Below, one piece after another: positions 26,111 to 38,871 of a stretch of DNA of 64,000 bases. The DNA is from Tubiluchus corallicola. Its lineage: Eukaryota > Animalia > Priapulida. The notes under the pieces were generated by a model. It worked only from the letters and a program-made list of their open reading frames with translations. It made no database searches and had not been told where the DNA came from. Within the stretch, counting starts at the first letter, position 1. Each line of letters begins with the position of its first letter. The stretch spans positions 1 to 64,000 of the forward strand of contig JAQGDQ010000740.1 in NCBI GenBank assembly GCA_030141605.1. The letters are read 5' to 3'. Both the position numbers and the translations under genes were made by a program.

Positions 26111-28024
26111 GTTTCCTATTTTTTGGTATCCCTTCTGTGATATCACCTCAATTTCCCTGAGCTTTATGTAATTTCCAGCGCAATTTCAGAATTTTGCAAG
26201 TAAAATTGAAGTGATTATTATTTCCGGCACTTATTCAGGAGCAGTAACTGATATCGATTACGCCCAGATTACAATCAGCTGAGTCTTAATACGGCTGATC
26301 GATCGTTAAACATCTTATTACGGGCGAAACTTTAAATGTCAACGAGAAGGAAGGGAAATAACTTAAGCCTGAAAAGGTTTTTCGTGGTGTTATTTATTAT
26401 GCACGTTCCAATCGCGTTGATATTTGACAGGAACTATTTAATTTGGGATTTTGCAGTTAACGGATTAATTCGTCACGACGGAAAAATATGCGGAAGAACA
26501 TCCCAATGTAATGTAAGCTAACTTGATTATGCCTATGTCTACGTATAACACTTTATTGGTGACAGGGTCAGTAAGATAACATGCAATATTAATAAACATA
26601 TAAAATGAAATCTGCAGGACGATATGTATTTCAGCAGCGACGAGGGGCGACTTATTTCCAGTTGGAAATGATAAGAGGTTGTCCTTTTAGACATGTTTTC
26701 TTGGACGTGCAATTTAAACTGAAGGAAAACGAGTACAGCCATTTGTTGAAAGAAAACCTTTTATAGCTTTTCAATAACTTGTTCTATTTCAAAATCAGTA
26801 TGACTTCCCAATGCCTCGCGACTAATACAAACATTGTGTCCTGGATTTTGTATAAACAGCAAGCTGACGTGTGCACAATCATGCAAGATTCAGAGTACTG
26901 TGTCTAAGTAAATAGGTATTATACTCAAACTGCTGTGTTCTGAGATAGCGAATTCATTAATCAATGTAATGTAGAAGGGCAGACAGAGAAAGATCATTAA
27001 AAGCTTGATTTCCAGCTTTGGGGACATTGAGATTTGCTGTGAATACTAATTGATGCTGATAACAATTGGCGAACGGTGAAAAGGGATTGTCAAAAAGAGT
27101 GGGCGGAGGGCATTTCGGGAGAGGAGAGAAGGCGATAAAAATATACGGGGAATAGGGGAACGATGTTGCCCAGCGAAACTAAAGTAGTAGGTACTTTACG
27201 CTGCATGAAATAAAAGTACAGAAAGAGAAAGGAACTCAGAAAAGTACAGACGGACTTATAGCTTAAACCAACATGAGTGGTGAATATGCTTTGCTGGACG
27301 TAGAAGTCGTTCACTTTGCGAAGTAATACCTCAGTAATGACAAAATAATTTGGTGCTATGGCTTTCTTCTTGGGACTGCCAGAAGCCATGTCACTGAGTC
27401 ACCATCAGAGATCTTGCAAGCGGAATTATAACTGGACTATACTTTAAACAATATATCTTCTTTACCCATGGTCTAAAATACACAATTTTATAAACAATTT
27501 AGAAGTGTAAGTTAGTTATGTGAATATTCGAATAGCGCGCTATAATGCTTTCCATTGGCATCATCATCGTCGTCGTCGTCGTCGTCCTCTTCTAGTTCTT
27601 TTGATCGATTAACTGGCTTACACAGCTTGGCATTCTGCAAAGTAGGCCTGGTCAATGCATGACTGTAGCTGGACCAAAATGTAATTATTCAAGGATAACT
27701 CTAAACACGTGTTAAATACAGAACCAGATGAAGTGTCTCATGCAGCCATTATATTAGGAATCATATTAATCTTTCCTCGGCGAAGTAAATACGAAGGGAG
27801 TGGCAATATGTTAGAGTAGACGAAACTGCCAAGAAGCAGTTCTACTGGCGGCCATCCGTTCATTTACTAACCAGGCTCTGTGTTGTTTCGGCAACAATTA
27901 TTTCTCTCGCATTGTGTATTCGCCCGTTGCGTATTCCCTTTTTTAGTTCAGAAACTTGCGGTTTTACTGACCAGCTAAAACTTGTGCTATAATTCTTTTA
28001 TTGCGTCTAAATATTGAATAAATT

Positions 28025-28049
28025 ATCATCATCATCATCATCATCATCG

Positions 28050-28119
<70 letters not shown>

Positions 28120-28165
28120 CGTCATCATCATCATCATCATCATCATTATTACTATTATTATCATC
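28025..28165. repeat. (ATC)n/(AAC)n microsatellite
   Basis: Read directly from the sequence. Confidence 0.95.
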
Positions 28166-28419
28166 TTCGCGACTACTTAGTAGAACCCAATAGTTTTGGA
28201 AACGCTTGTTTTCTTTTCGGGATTGAATAATTTAAGACAAATGCTGTCAGTTATGCGACTGAAGGCAATTAACAGTGGCGAGGTTCATGGCTGAGTAGAT
28301 AAACAGGGGGCGAGAGGATGCATATGTATCCGAAGGTAGCCAGAATACTTCTGATGGCTGCAGTAGTTTCTTGATCAGCTAGTTACCAATCATACCACAA
28401 ATCAAATCAAATCAAATCG

Positions 28420-28635
28420 TCCTGGGTTGGGTGACCGAGTGGTTTAGATTTCAGACTGCAACCACGCAGTCTTGAGATAGACACTCGCGGCTACCAACTC
28501 CATGGCATATACCCTACGTATTATTCGTTATTTGTATGTTTCGACCTTACTGTATTGTTGCATGTACTGTATGTCGCTAAATAGCCGTTAGTGCTAATGT
28601 TGTCTGCTAAATGAGCGACGGTAAATAAATCTTGT
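28420..28635 (+). mobile_element. tRNA-derived SINE-like fragment
   Basis: A-box-like GGGTGACCGAGTGGTTTAG, a decayed tRNA body, an AT-rich 3' part, and AATAAA at about 28625. Confidence 0.4.
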
Positions 28636-30112
28636 CTTTTTTTTTACTTTTCTTTTTTCTTTTTCAGTCTGCCTTTCAGTCCTGAATTCCTGCTTGCGAA
28701 AATGCCGGAGAGTGTAAAATATTAAGTAAAACTAGTGCATGTAATGCGCCTAGCGAAATCGAAACAGAATGCTAATTTTAACGATCACACAGCGTCTTCA
28801 AATACTCAGCAGTATAAAAACTACGCCGACAATAAAAGTTTTCTGTAAACGCGTTTCAGTGTGCTTTGTGCATAACATTAACTTACTATCTCTAAAGTGC
28901 CGTGATAGTAATTAACCGAAAATATTGATTGCTAATAAAATAGCTAAATTAGGCCATAAAACAACTTTTTAGCGGGATTTATTATAAACTAATGAAGTTG
29001 TTAAATTCGCCCAGTTGCATCATTATTTTATTATGCCACACTGGTGTAGTTTTACGTGCAAAACTTACAGTCTAGACAGCACTGATTCCTTCAAGTTATT
29101 GTACTAGCAGATCTAATAGACTCAGTCTCGGTAATAAGGGACCAGTGGGCCTATATAAAAATACTAACAAAATCATCTCCCAAATCTTACATGGCTACAA
29201 CATTGTAATGTATGCCCTCATCCTTGCCATACACAACTGTACATTTTCAGCTCACCTGGACCTAGATTTCATCCGGCCCCAAAAAAATTTCCCCAAGGCC
29301 AATTCATGGGTAAATTTTTCTGGAATACTACATAACATACTGATTTATAAAAAACTAAAATCATTCGTGTTGCTATTAATTCCCACAAATCGGTGTGTTA
29401 GAGCTATTCCTGCCCGCCTATTGGAAGTTCTAATGTGTATTTAACATTAAACTGTGTAAATTAGTGTTCGGTGAAAACGTTTTGTAGCTGTGTTGTAAAT
29501 AATGTTCTTGTTACCCAGTACATATCTTAAAAGTCTTTAAATGATTCCCTACACATGTTTGTGCATCTGCGGATGAAACTTTGACAGCATCAAAACTCTT
29601 ACAAACAGAGTAACCCTCGAAAACTTTATCCATCAATGTAACAAAAGTTCTGCCAAATTTGTTACAAACGTTGTTCATATCATGAATAATTCTAAAATTT
29701 ACAAGTGAAAATATAAATACTAAAAAATCTATAAATTTGTATAACTAAGTCGTTTGTGATGGACACACATTATTAACATTGTTTTTTAAGCTGGTGAGGT
29801 AGTAGTTAATATCATACAAGATTACACAGATAAGAGACCCGAGGAAAAAATTGCATTTGTAGGAATTCTAGGAGTTCGCGGAGTAAAATTCTAAAAATTA
29901 ATTAAGAAAAAAGGTACTACAATGACTACAATCAAACTGCTGCCGGCGTTCATAAATTAAGAATCAGGGATCCTTCCACAAAATACTCCTATGATTGGAA
30001 TTTACTGAAGGTCCTTCAGAAATCGTCTTTGTCCTTGAGTCAACTAATCAATCAGCCAGCATTGATTTAAATGTCGTATCAGGCAATCACTTTTACATTT
30101 TTTTCAGAACCG

Positions 30113-33100
30113 ATGTCACGAAGTCGGGCCTCAACTTTGCAAATGGCAGACATTACAGCGGATATCAGTTCTGCACCTCAGACATTTCGAGTCTTCACTT
30201 TCATAGAAAACGATTCGCTCAATGGCTTCGGCTCGGTTACTGACGCCTGGAGACAGGTGTGTGGTGCTATTCAGAAGCACAAGGGCTTTCAAGATTGCGT
30301 GCTGCTCAAATGCGTGGAAAAGCAGGGCAACGGTAAGAACTTTACCTGCCTTTGAAAGCAAATAGGTCATAACTTTATTCAGCTTCTACTTTTGAATGAT
30401 TTTTTTCCTCTCTGCTTGCGATTGTCGTCGTATGCTCAAGAAACAGTATTGTCGCTGAAGGGCTAAGTAAAGAATTGGCGTTTCTGTTTTCCTTATACGC
30501 GCAGTCGATCATTAGTTGGTGTTTAATCCTTCAGATGTGTAGTAGCTCTATCTGCGGTTTATAAAACTTCCAGTTTATCACACTTGAAAATGTATTTCGG
30601 TTCAAATTGGTAAAATATTTTACGTTGAATTGTTTTTTTTAACTTCATTTTCCCAACCTTGATTAGTTTTCATATTTCTCTGATTTTTGTGGAGAGCGGG
30701 AACGAGCTCCATAAAGTTTAAAAAAACAGTTGCGAGTGAGTGAGATTTATTAATTTGGCTTGTAATCACCAACTTTGCCCAAGCCGGTGACGAGTTAAAA
30801 AAACAGCCAATTGGCTATCGCGTTCAGTTACACTAGTTACAACTTTATTTAAGATTAGATTTGATTATTCAACCCGAAGACAACATCAGCCTATTAAACA
30901 ATCAACAACACAAATTTGCCATTCAATGCAATTCTGCACTTACTTGTGCAAAATGAACTCAAAGTATAAAGAAAAAGAAAATATATAGGTGAAAATATGG
31001 TTGACTATTCAACATGTTGACTTATTAGGACAGCATTTTACTGATTGAATTTGCGTAGTTCACAAAACTTCTAATTTCTTCATCCTCTCAGCTTCCACTT
31101 CTCCAGTTCCCTTCCTCACCCCCACAAATGCGATTACCGTTCTGTTCAACGTATCACGAGCAAAATCTTCTGCTAATATTTCTATTAAAACAAAAATTTG
31201 TTTTGAAAAGAATTTTTCAGCTCCGGAAACGCTTCCCGGAATTTGTCTGGATTAATTTTATAATCTGGTTATCATTTCGCGTTAAGCTGCTCTGATAGCT
31301 TGTGTAAATTTGAGTGACGTAGAAGCCTATCAACATTTTAGACTAGTTGAATATTTTATGAGTGTTTATAGCCTATTTGTGATAACATTGCAAGCTCATA
31401 AATTTCATAGTTTTGAGAAGGCAGAGAGGCGTCTGTTTCTTATTAAGGGAAAGTGACTAAACTCGTTAACACTTTACAATCTAATTATTGACCGCACAAG
31501 TAGTGCATCTCAGAAAACCTCAAAAGGACAAACTTCGACCACAGTAGCAGCTAGTCTGGTAAGCAAATGGATGGGAGTCAAGATCGGCTAGAAAACTGCA
31601 GCTAGATAGCTTGATCTGACATACTGCCGTCTTTGGTTATTTTCTTACTGAGGGAGGATGTACACGCATGCGTCGAAACCCCGATTTACCATATTATCCT
31701 CTTATCTTGGAAAACAACCTTGATGATTAACTTTACTCCCAGTCCTGCCACAATAATTCCAATTTAGCGGCGGGCCTTCCGTTCAACGCCAGTTTGCAGC
31801 GTGGAGAACTACATAAAAATCAATAATTAACTGGTGAATGCCATTGTCTGTGACAGTCATCGTAAGGTTTAAAACTAAGATGATCATTACACATTATAAA
31901 TAATATAGCCAAATGTTCAATCAAGCGATTACCGCTAGTTTGCAACGTGCAATATATCCCAAGTGGTATATGTCATTATTTATTAAACTGCATATATTAG
32001 CCTTCTGTGGCAGAAACACGTGTAGCATAAAATCAGCGTTTTGCAATTCATTCAAAAGGTAGTCTTTTTGGATGTTTTATACTTTTTTTGACCTAACAAA
32101 TAGGTGCGGAAATGACTGAATTTCAGAGTTAGGAAAGCAGAACTGCATATAGACTTCACTAGTTGAATTAATACAATCATAATGACTTAAACATGCCTTT
32201 GAATGTGTAGACTATAAGTACGTATTACGCATTCACCCTTTTCCTTAACGTCTACTAACAAGTCATTCTACAATATTAGCGAAGTTGCTTGAAAAAAACT
32301 ATGTTCTTTATTGAATCCAGGTAATAAAGTAACAGGAAAAGTCATAAATCAAAAAAATCTCGGAAAAAAGTTTGAGGAAAAAAGAAATAACCCAACCCTA
32401 ATCCTAAGATACTGAACAAAACGTGATTTTTTTTCACTTCCATGCAACATGTAATCCCATCATTTGTAAATAGTGTTGTCAATATGTACAAGTCACTTAT
32501 TTCTAGTTAATAACTGACTTAAAATATTTTCTGTTATATTACTTTAATTGTTTATTGTACGTAAACAAATTGTGACTGACTTGAATATTTTTGTTGATTA
32601 CCTTACTCTCCTTCCTCGTCAAAATTGAGACTTTTTCTGTGATTTTTTTTTCCTGTAACTTTATTACCGACCACTTCGTGCAAGTTATCAAGCTTAGTTG
32701 TCAAGGTGACTGTCTTTTAAGCCTGTGAACTTAGGTTCCGATGAAAAACACAGTTTTGTAGAACTCACTTGACTAGAGAAGAGGGAATGCTCTAAAAAAT
32801 GAGACTACATTAAACATGAACCTTTCTGGGCACTACCATTAATTCATTATGAGCTTTTAAAACCTCCCAGCTTTCGCTTCATAGACTCCAGTCTGATGTT
32901 TGTCTTGACTTTCCTCTTGTGTATTTAAGTAAATCTGTACAATCTCAAGGTTTCCTAAACGTCTTAAGCAAGGATTTCATTTACTAACGCAACCAGAATC
33001 AGTTTAAATTTGACAAATTGCTTTCGAGCGGCGTGCCGCATTGAAAAGAATCTTTATCGATTCTGGCATATGGGTGAAGCCAACTGACAGAAATTGGACT

Positions 33101-36100
33101 GTGTTCTGGATGGAGCAGAAATATCCGAGCCTGTGCAATTCTTTCATAGAAATATTGTATGATCAAAACGATTGTTTTTCTTTGTTTTGTTTCTCCTTTT
33201 ATTTATAAGTCAGTATAAAGTTTCATTTTATCGCTAAACAACGAAAGTGCAATAAATATGTAATTTATTGACGGATTCAGCACACTACAGTTTTACAATT
33301 CATTACAATACATTACAAATACAATGTAATACGTTACAATGCAAAAAAACTACACAGACAGAACCCTGCACATATAATCGCCACAGAACTCGATAACAAT
33401 GAAAATATTAATAAACGGTATCAGGAGCGAAATGCTATTTATTTTCTGTTCCGAACGACCAGCAACAGGTGCCATGATGGTAAAAAGAATCTGTTCAATT
33501 CAATCCAATACAGGTGCCGTGATAGTTCAATTCAATTCATAACAGCCAGCATTAAGTTACACAGGACAAGTTTACTTCAACAAACCTCTCTCTGACTTTA
33601 TAAAGTTTGCGTCATCCTGGCAGTGAACCCTGACTACTTGGCTTCCGAAATACGAGGGAACGAGCCAACCAGGGGAGACATCAATCAAACCCCCTGGCGG
33701 CGAGGACCCAGCGGCGTTACAATATTATGTTATAAATACAAATTTATTATACTTTTGAAGATCCAGTACACAACGAGTTTTAGAATTGCAATTACAATAT
33801 TCAACAAATTCATACTGTAGAACATAGTATTATATTCAAAATTCTGGTAAACTACATTAAAAGAGAATCATTAGAATTATAGCAAAAGCATTAGCATTAA
33901 AGAAAGCAGGAGTTTGGGGTTAAATTTTGAATTTTTCACTTGGAAGCGTCATAAGTACCGACGCAATACGCTTCAAAATGTTGAAACTATAAATGTTCTA
34001 TGCATGCTACTGCACATGCTTTTTGAATTGTAACAAACATGCTTTTATGCGAAGGGTAAACGGGACAGCTGTAATAACATTTCAGAAGAGAGCTAGGACT
34101 TCATGTTTTTGTTAAGCTTTAGATCTGAAACATATGTTTTTGCATATTTTAGGCCTGTCTAAGCTGCGGATGTTTTTAGCACTAAGTTTTGGGTAGTTTA
34201 TGAAAAACATCAAAAAATAAAATAATTCATGAATTAATAAGGTGGCAACTTGTGTTTTTGCTATGTTACTGAATAATTCAAACCTCTGGCATGTCGTTTA
34301 CAAAACCCTGCATTAACAAGTACCAGAATAAAATTTTATTGGATCCTCTGATCTCTGCAATAAAAGTAGGCCATTAGAGGAATCTAGTAAAAATCTGTTA
34401 TTACCATACAACACAACACTACAGTAGAATACTAGATGGGTGAATGTGCGTCATTGATGTTTCATACCCGCAAATACGGTGTTAGGGGACCTCGGCATCC
34501 CTCGTTGAGACGACGGCGTCAGACGTCAGTCGAAACCAAATTTGATCATACCGTTTTGTTACGTGTTATCTAACAAATGTTTACAGTTTTTACCTAGTCA
34601 TGTGTGGTCATCAATTTCAATTTTTAGTCCTGCGTTGTGGTTAATAAATGTTATTTGTTTCTCATTACCCAATAATAAAAATGAAGTTTTTTTAATCATA
34701 TATTTCCAGGGTTCTTTTTAATGGCAGATTATTGTCATTTCACTTGTACAAAATTCACACTCACTAGTTATCGAAGATCTAGTTTACTCTGACAGCTAAA
34801 CAGATAATATACTGAAATATACTGACGTTCAGCTACATCGACAGTGTCACTGTTTATCATTCTCAGCTTCCTGCTTCTGCGCAACGCTGCCAGAATGCAT
34901 TTCGATCTGTAAAATACGGCATTACAAAAAAATATTGTCTTTCTAAAGATGAAAAGTGCATGCACACACAATTGTTTTAAAATTTGTACACTGCCTAATT
35001 TGTGTTAAGGCTTAAAGATACTACTGTGTTACTTCCTTTCACAGCCTACGCCAAAAACTGGGTAATTTTTCTCGGTTTGCAATATAAATCAGTGCAATTA
35101 ATGCAAGTAATGTAATGTAATAGAATGTAATTGTTTAGTTTCAGGATTTCTCATACCGTATATTTACTATGGAACGTTTGTGTCAGAACCAGACGAAAGA
35201 ACAGACAGCAATAACTACTTCTGGGTAGACGCTGCAAATGAGCTTGTATTGGGGGATAAGATCCAAAGGCAACACGGTAAAAGTTACATTATGTTGTTGC
35301 TGGTCCTTTTGGTGTACTTTCCAATGCTGCACATATGGCAGGTCTTTCTTGCATAAGAATCAAGATTCACAAATATTTTAAACCACTATTATGCGGTTGC
35401 ATCAGCCACCATGAATTATTCCTTCTCCAGACAGACAGATTTACTTGCAAGTGTCTTATATAACAAGTGGGTTGTTCATAATTTGAAGTTTAAGCACTCG
35501 TAGAATGTATTATCTGGTCACTAACTAATGAGAATGAGACCACAGATCAAACAACTATTTTAATATCCACCATTACATTTCTTTTATTGTACTTGAAGAC
35601 TGAACGTTCCTGGGAAGTTGTTATCGCAGCTAAGGCTAGCTCAAGCCTGCTGTAATCATCCTAATGGAAAATAGATTCTCATGGCAATCTCAGACCACTG
35701 TAATTTTCTTATCAAACTTTATAGCGTTAGAGCAACTATGCTGGACAGTTGACATTCATTCAGTAGCCAGTGAGATTTGCAAACTGAAATCTTAGTCAGT
35801 GCCACATGAGTACCCCTCTGTTTCTGTTTGAGATCAACTGAACTTTACTCGTTGAAGCTTAAATGATCTGGCAAAAGAGCAATATTAATCAATATTAATT
35901 ATCTGATTTGCAGTTCATTTAAATTAATCAGAAGTTTGTGCAAGAATAGGAATGTAGAATAATAACACGAAAATTAATAATTTTATAGTAACTTAGAATA
36001 GGAAAATAACATTTCATTATGGTAAAAATCGTTTATAAACCATCCGACACTAAACTGAAAACTTTTTCAGCTTGTTTTCAAGAACTGCAGAGATATATTG

Positions 36101-36609
36101 TGATGCCCGATGACCGTCGCATGTCACGGAGTTCGCAGGAGATGTCACGGACCTCGCATGAGACATCACGCTCGTTGCAGGAAACGCCACACCACAACAA
36201 GCGTCCAATGTCAAGTAACTCTCCAACAGGGTACATTATTACAGCGTGCAGGGTATTAGAAGATCACGACACAAAAGAGTTTGAAGCCATGTGGAAAGGA
36301 TGGACAGGCACGTCCTACATTTGCCGGAACATGCCGTCGGAGTTCGGCTTCAACAAAGCTAATCTTTTCAAGCGTAGATCAATTGATAATACATTTATGT
36401 ACGTTTGTATCATAGAATGTTTAAATGTGCTACGGCCAGACTTAAGTGTCAAGGTGTTGCAGTTCATAGAGAAGTTCCGCCTCACCGTCAGTTGCTTTGC
36501 TGGTTTGTTCAAAGTGGAAGCAATCCGAAGGCTCACTGACATGGATATGAATGTCGTGGCTGGAATGTCGGTGGACAATATGGATCCAATGTTGCCGAAT
36601 ATCTGTTAA
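30113..36609 (+). CDS. DUF7153-type uncharacterised invertebrate protein (about 296 aa; three coding exons)
   Basis: Exons 30108(ATG 30113)-30332, 35145-35276 and 36071-36609, all joined by phase-1 GT-AG introns. The C-terminal motif TGYIITACRVLEDHDTKEFEAMWKGWTGTSYI...YVCIIECLN...FIEKFRLTVSCFAGLFKV matches my recollection of DUF7153. AATAAA at 37038. Confidence 0.85.
32320..32668. mobile_element. MITE with about 21-bp TIRs
   Basis: GGTAATAAAGTAACAGGAAAA at the left end and TTTTCCTGTAACTTTATTACC at the right end, with an internal AACCCTAATCCTAA. Confidence 0.7.
33259..33721 (-). mobile_element. Candidate solo LTR
   Basis: On the minus strand it starts TGTAACG, has a GC-rich U3-like part, a TATA (CTTTATATAAAG at about 33596), and ends CAATAAATTACA. 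There is no clean TSD. Confidence 0.45.
35790..36030 (+). repeat. About 240-bp diverged direct repeat, copy 1 (copy 2 at 38630-38871)
   Basis: Shared blocks GTGCCA.ATGAG, TGTTTGAGATCAACTGAACTTTA, GCAATATTAAT, TCATTTAAA, AGAATAGG and ATTTCA.TATGGTAAAAA. Confidence 0.8.
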
Positions 36610-38629
36610 CTGGCAAAGTCGGAAAACAGGTCGCAAAACAATGAACTGCGGCTCAAGCACGGGGAATACCGTAATTGTATATGAAAGAAACTTCGAAGAA
36701 ATTAGTCGAGACAGCAAGTGTTTGCTCCTATGACTGATTCATGCGAGTCTATTTGAATGATGACTTCTCTCCTTTGTGAGAATTTTGAAGTGAAATCAGG
36801 TCTGTGGCAAATCAGGTCTGACTGATAAAAGCAATATTATATTTTTTTTTGTAAATTGTCGCAATTAATTTGAGAATTTTGCAGTGCTCACGCAGGTCCT
36901 GTGGTACCATCATACCATCATTGTCATATGATGCTCTAAATGTTGTATCTAGGGCTGAGGTGTGTTGTGTTATAGGATGTATATAATTCAAATTGCCACT
37001 AGTCTTTCATGTACATGTAGTTCATTTTTGCTTTGTTAATAAAAATAAGTAGTATTAGCAATTCAGTGTTATTTTATGTACTCTTATCGTTGAAAAGAGT
37101 AATGAGTTTCTATTTTAACCTGTAAGATTGCCATTATGTTATGCATTCAGGGGTAAGTTGGCATTTTCACAACCAGTAGGTCAATACTTTAAACTTCTAT
37201 TTTTCAAATCATGACAAAGCAACAGATAGGCCTACGTCACCTACTGATTTTACGACATCATATCGAGAAGGGGAAGACATAAAGACATGGCCCTTACAGA
37301 CAAGCTTGTATTTCCTGTCAGTTTAACTGATTATGATTCAATTTCCAGTGCTCAGGGTGCAGGATTGAGACCAACCAACTAACAAGACCAATAGTTGCAC
37401 TACAGAATACACTGTTTTCATGCTGATAATTCTAAGTATTTGGCAAAGAAAAGCAACAATTTATTTTCGATGCATTTCATGGCCACCACCAGGAGATTGA
37501 ACCTACAATATCAAAAACCAAGGCAAATTCTGTCCATCAAATTTAACAAGGATTGATAATGCTAAAGGTCCTTCATAACTCATTGTCAACTATCTATCAG
37601 AAATGGCAAATTGCCCCAAGTTAATCGAAATGTCTAAGAATTTCCTTCAGAGTAACAGATAATAGATTCTGTCCGATTCGATACAATCATCATTTATATG
37701 CAATTCTTGTGTATTAGTAACTTCTGGTAATCTTCTTGGGAGTAATGTTATTGATTTTGCAAATAAGGCCATCAATTTATGTCTTTTAAGCCAAGATCAC
37801 TATGAGATTACTAGTCAGTCTCTATGGGCCTATATTAGAGACTAGTTCAGATACTACTACTTCTACTGTAGAGGCTAATGCTGAAATGTTGTTAATTGTT
37901 GCCTGTAAAAAATATTACTATAATGATGTACTTTTGCTATTTTATTGGCAGTGATACAGTATTATAACTATTGAGACATATGGTGCTCTTTTTTATTATT
38001 ATTCATTCACTTATTGTTGTTATTTTATGAAGAACGCTAAGTATGTTCTAAAGTAAAACCTCCCCAACTGAAGTTCGAAATTTATAAAGTTCGGCACTAT
38101 TGTTCTTTGAGAAAATCATTTTCTAACCCTCTCGCATTTAAAAACCATGCTGACAGTTAACTGGATTTTGCAGTAATTGCTTCTGCAGTTGCCATGGGAA
38201 CCACTTCAACAATACAATAATGATGCATGCTGGCCCAAGGCGAAGTTGATTCATTTTGAAATTTCTGAGAGCGCAAAGATTTTCTACCCGCTGAGATGTC
38301 ATTTTCTACACAGTCCGTATGCTGACGATTTTACACTAATGAAAGCAATAATAGAGACACACAGAATAGTATGTTGATATATAGTAGGCAGACCGAGTAG
38401 GCCTATAGGCACTTAGAATGCACTCATTGATCATAATAATTAAGCAACCCCCAATGTTAAATTTAAAAAATGTTTCAATAAGTGTTTGCTCATGTAGGCT
38501 CAAATCTACACAAACACTGAAAAAAGGAATAAAACAAACACTAAAACAGCAGACAGTAGCAGAATTTTGCAATGTAAGCCCTTTATGACCTCTTTTAAGC
38601 CAGTCTGCTACATTTTTAAAACGTGAAAT

Positions 38630-38871
38630 CTAAGTCGGTGCCATATGAGCTACTGCTGTTTCTTTGCATTGTTTGAGATCAACTGAACTTTATGTCTTTA
38701 CTTGTTGAACCGTAAATGAATTTGACAAAAAGGCAATATTAATTATCTGATAAGTAAATCATTTAAACTACATGTAATCAGACGTCAGTGCGAGAATAGG
38801 GTGTAAAAACGAAAACTAACAACTTTACAGTAATTTGAATTTCAAAAATAATATTTCAGTATGGTAAAAAC
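38630..38871 (+). repeat. About 240-bp diverged direct repeat, copy 2
   Basis: Same shared blocks as the copy at 35790-36030. Confidence 0.8.

Noticed and set aside
36019-36070. ATG 36019 as the start of a single-exon 196-aa gene
   Set aside because: The first 17 codons lie upstream of a clear acceptor (tttttcag|36071) and partly in a duplicated non-coding segment. The upstream exons join in phase.
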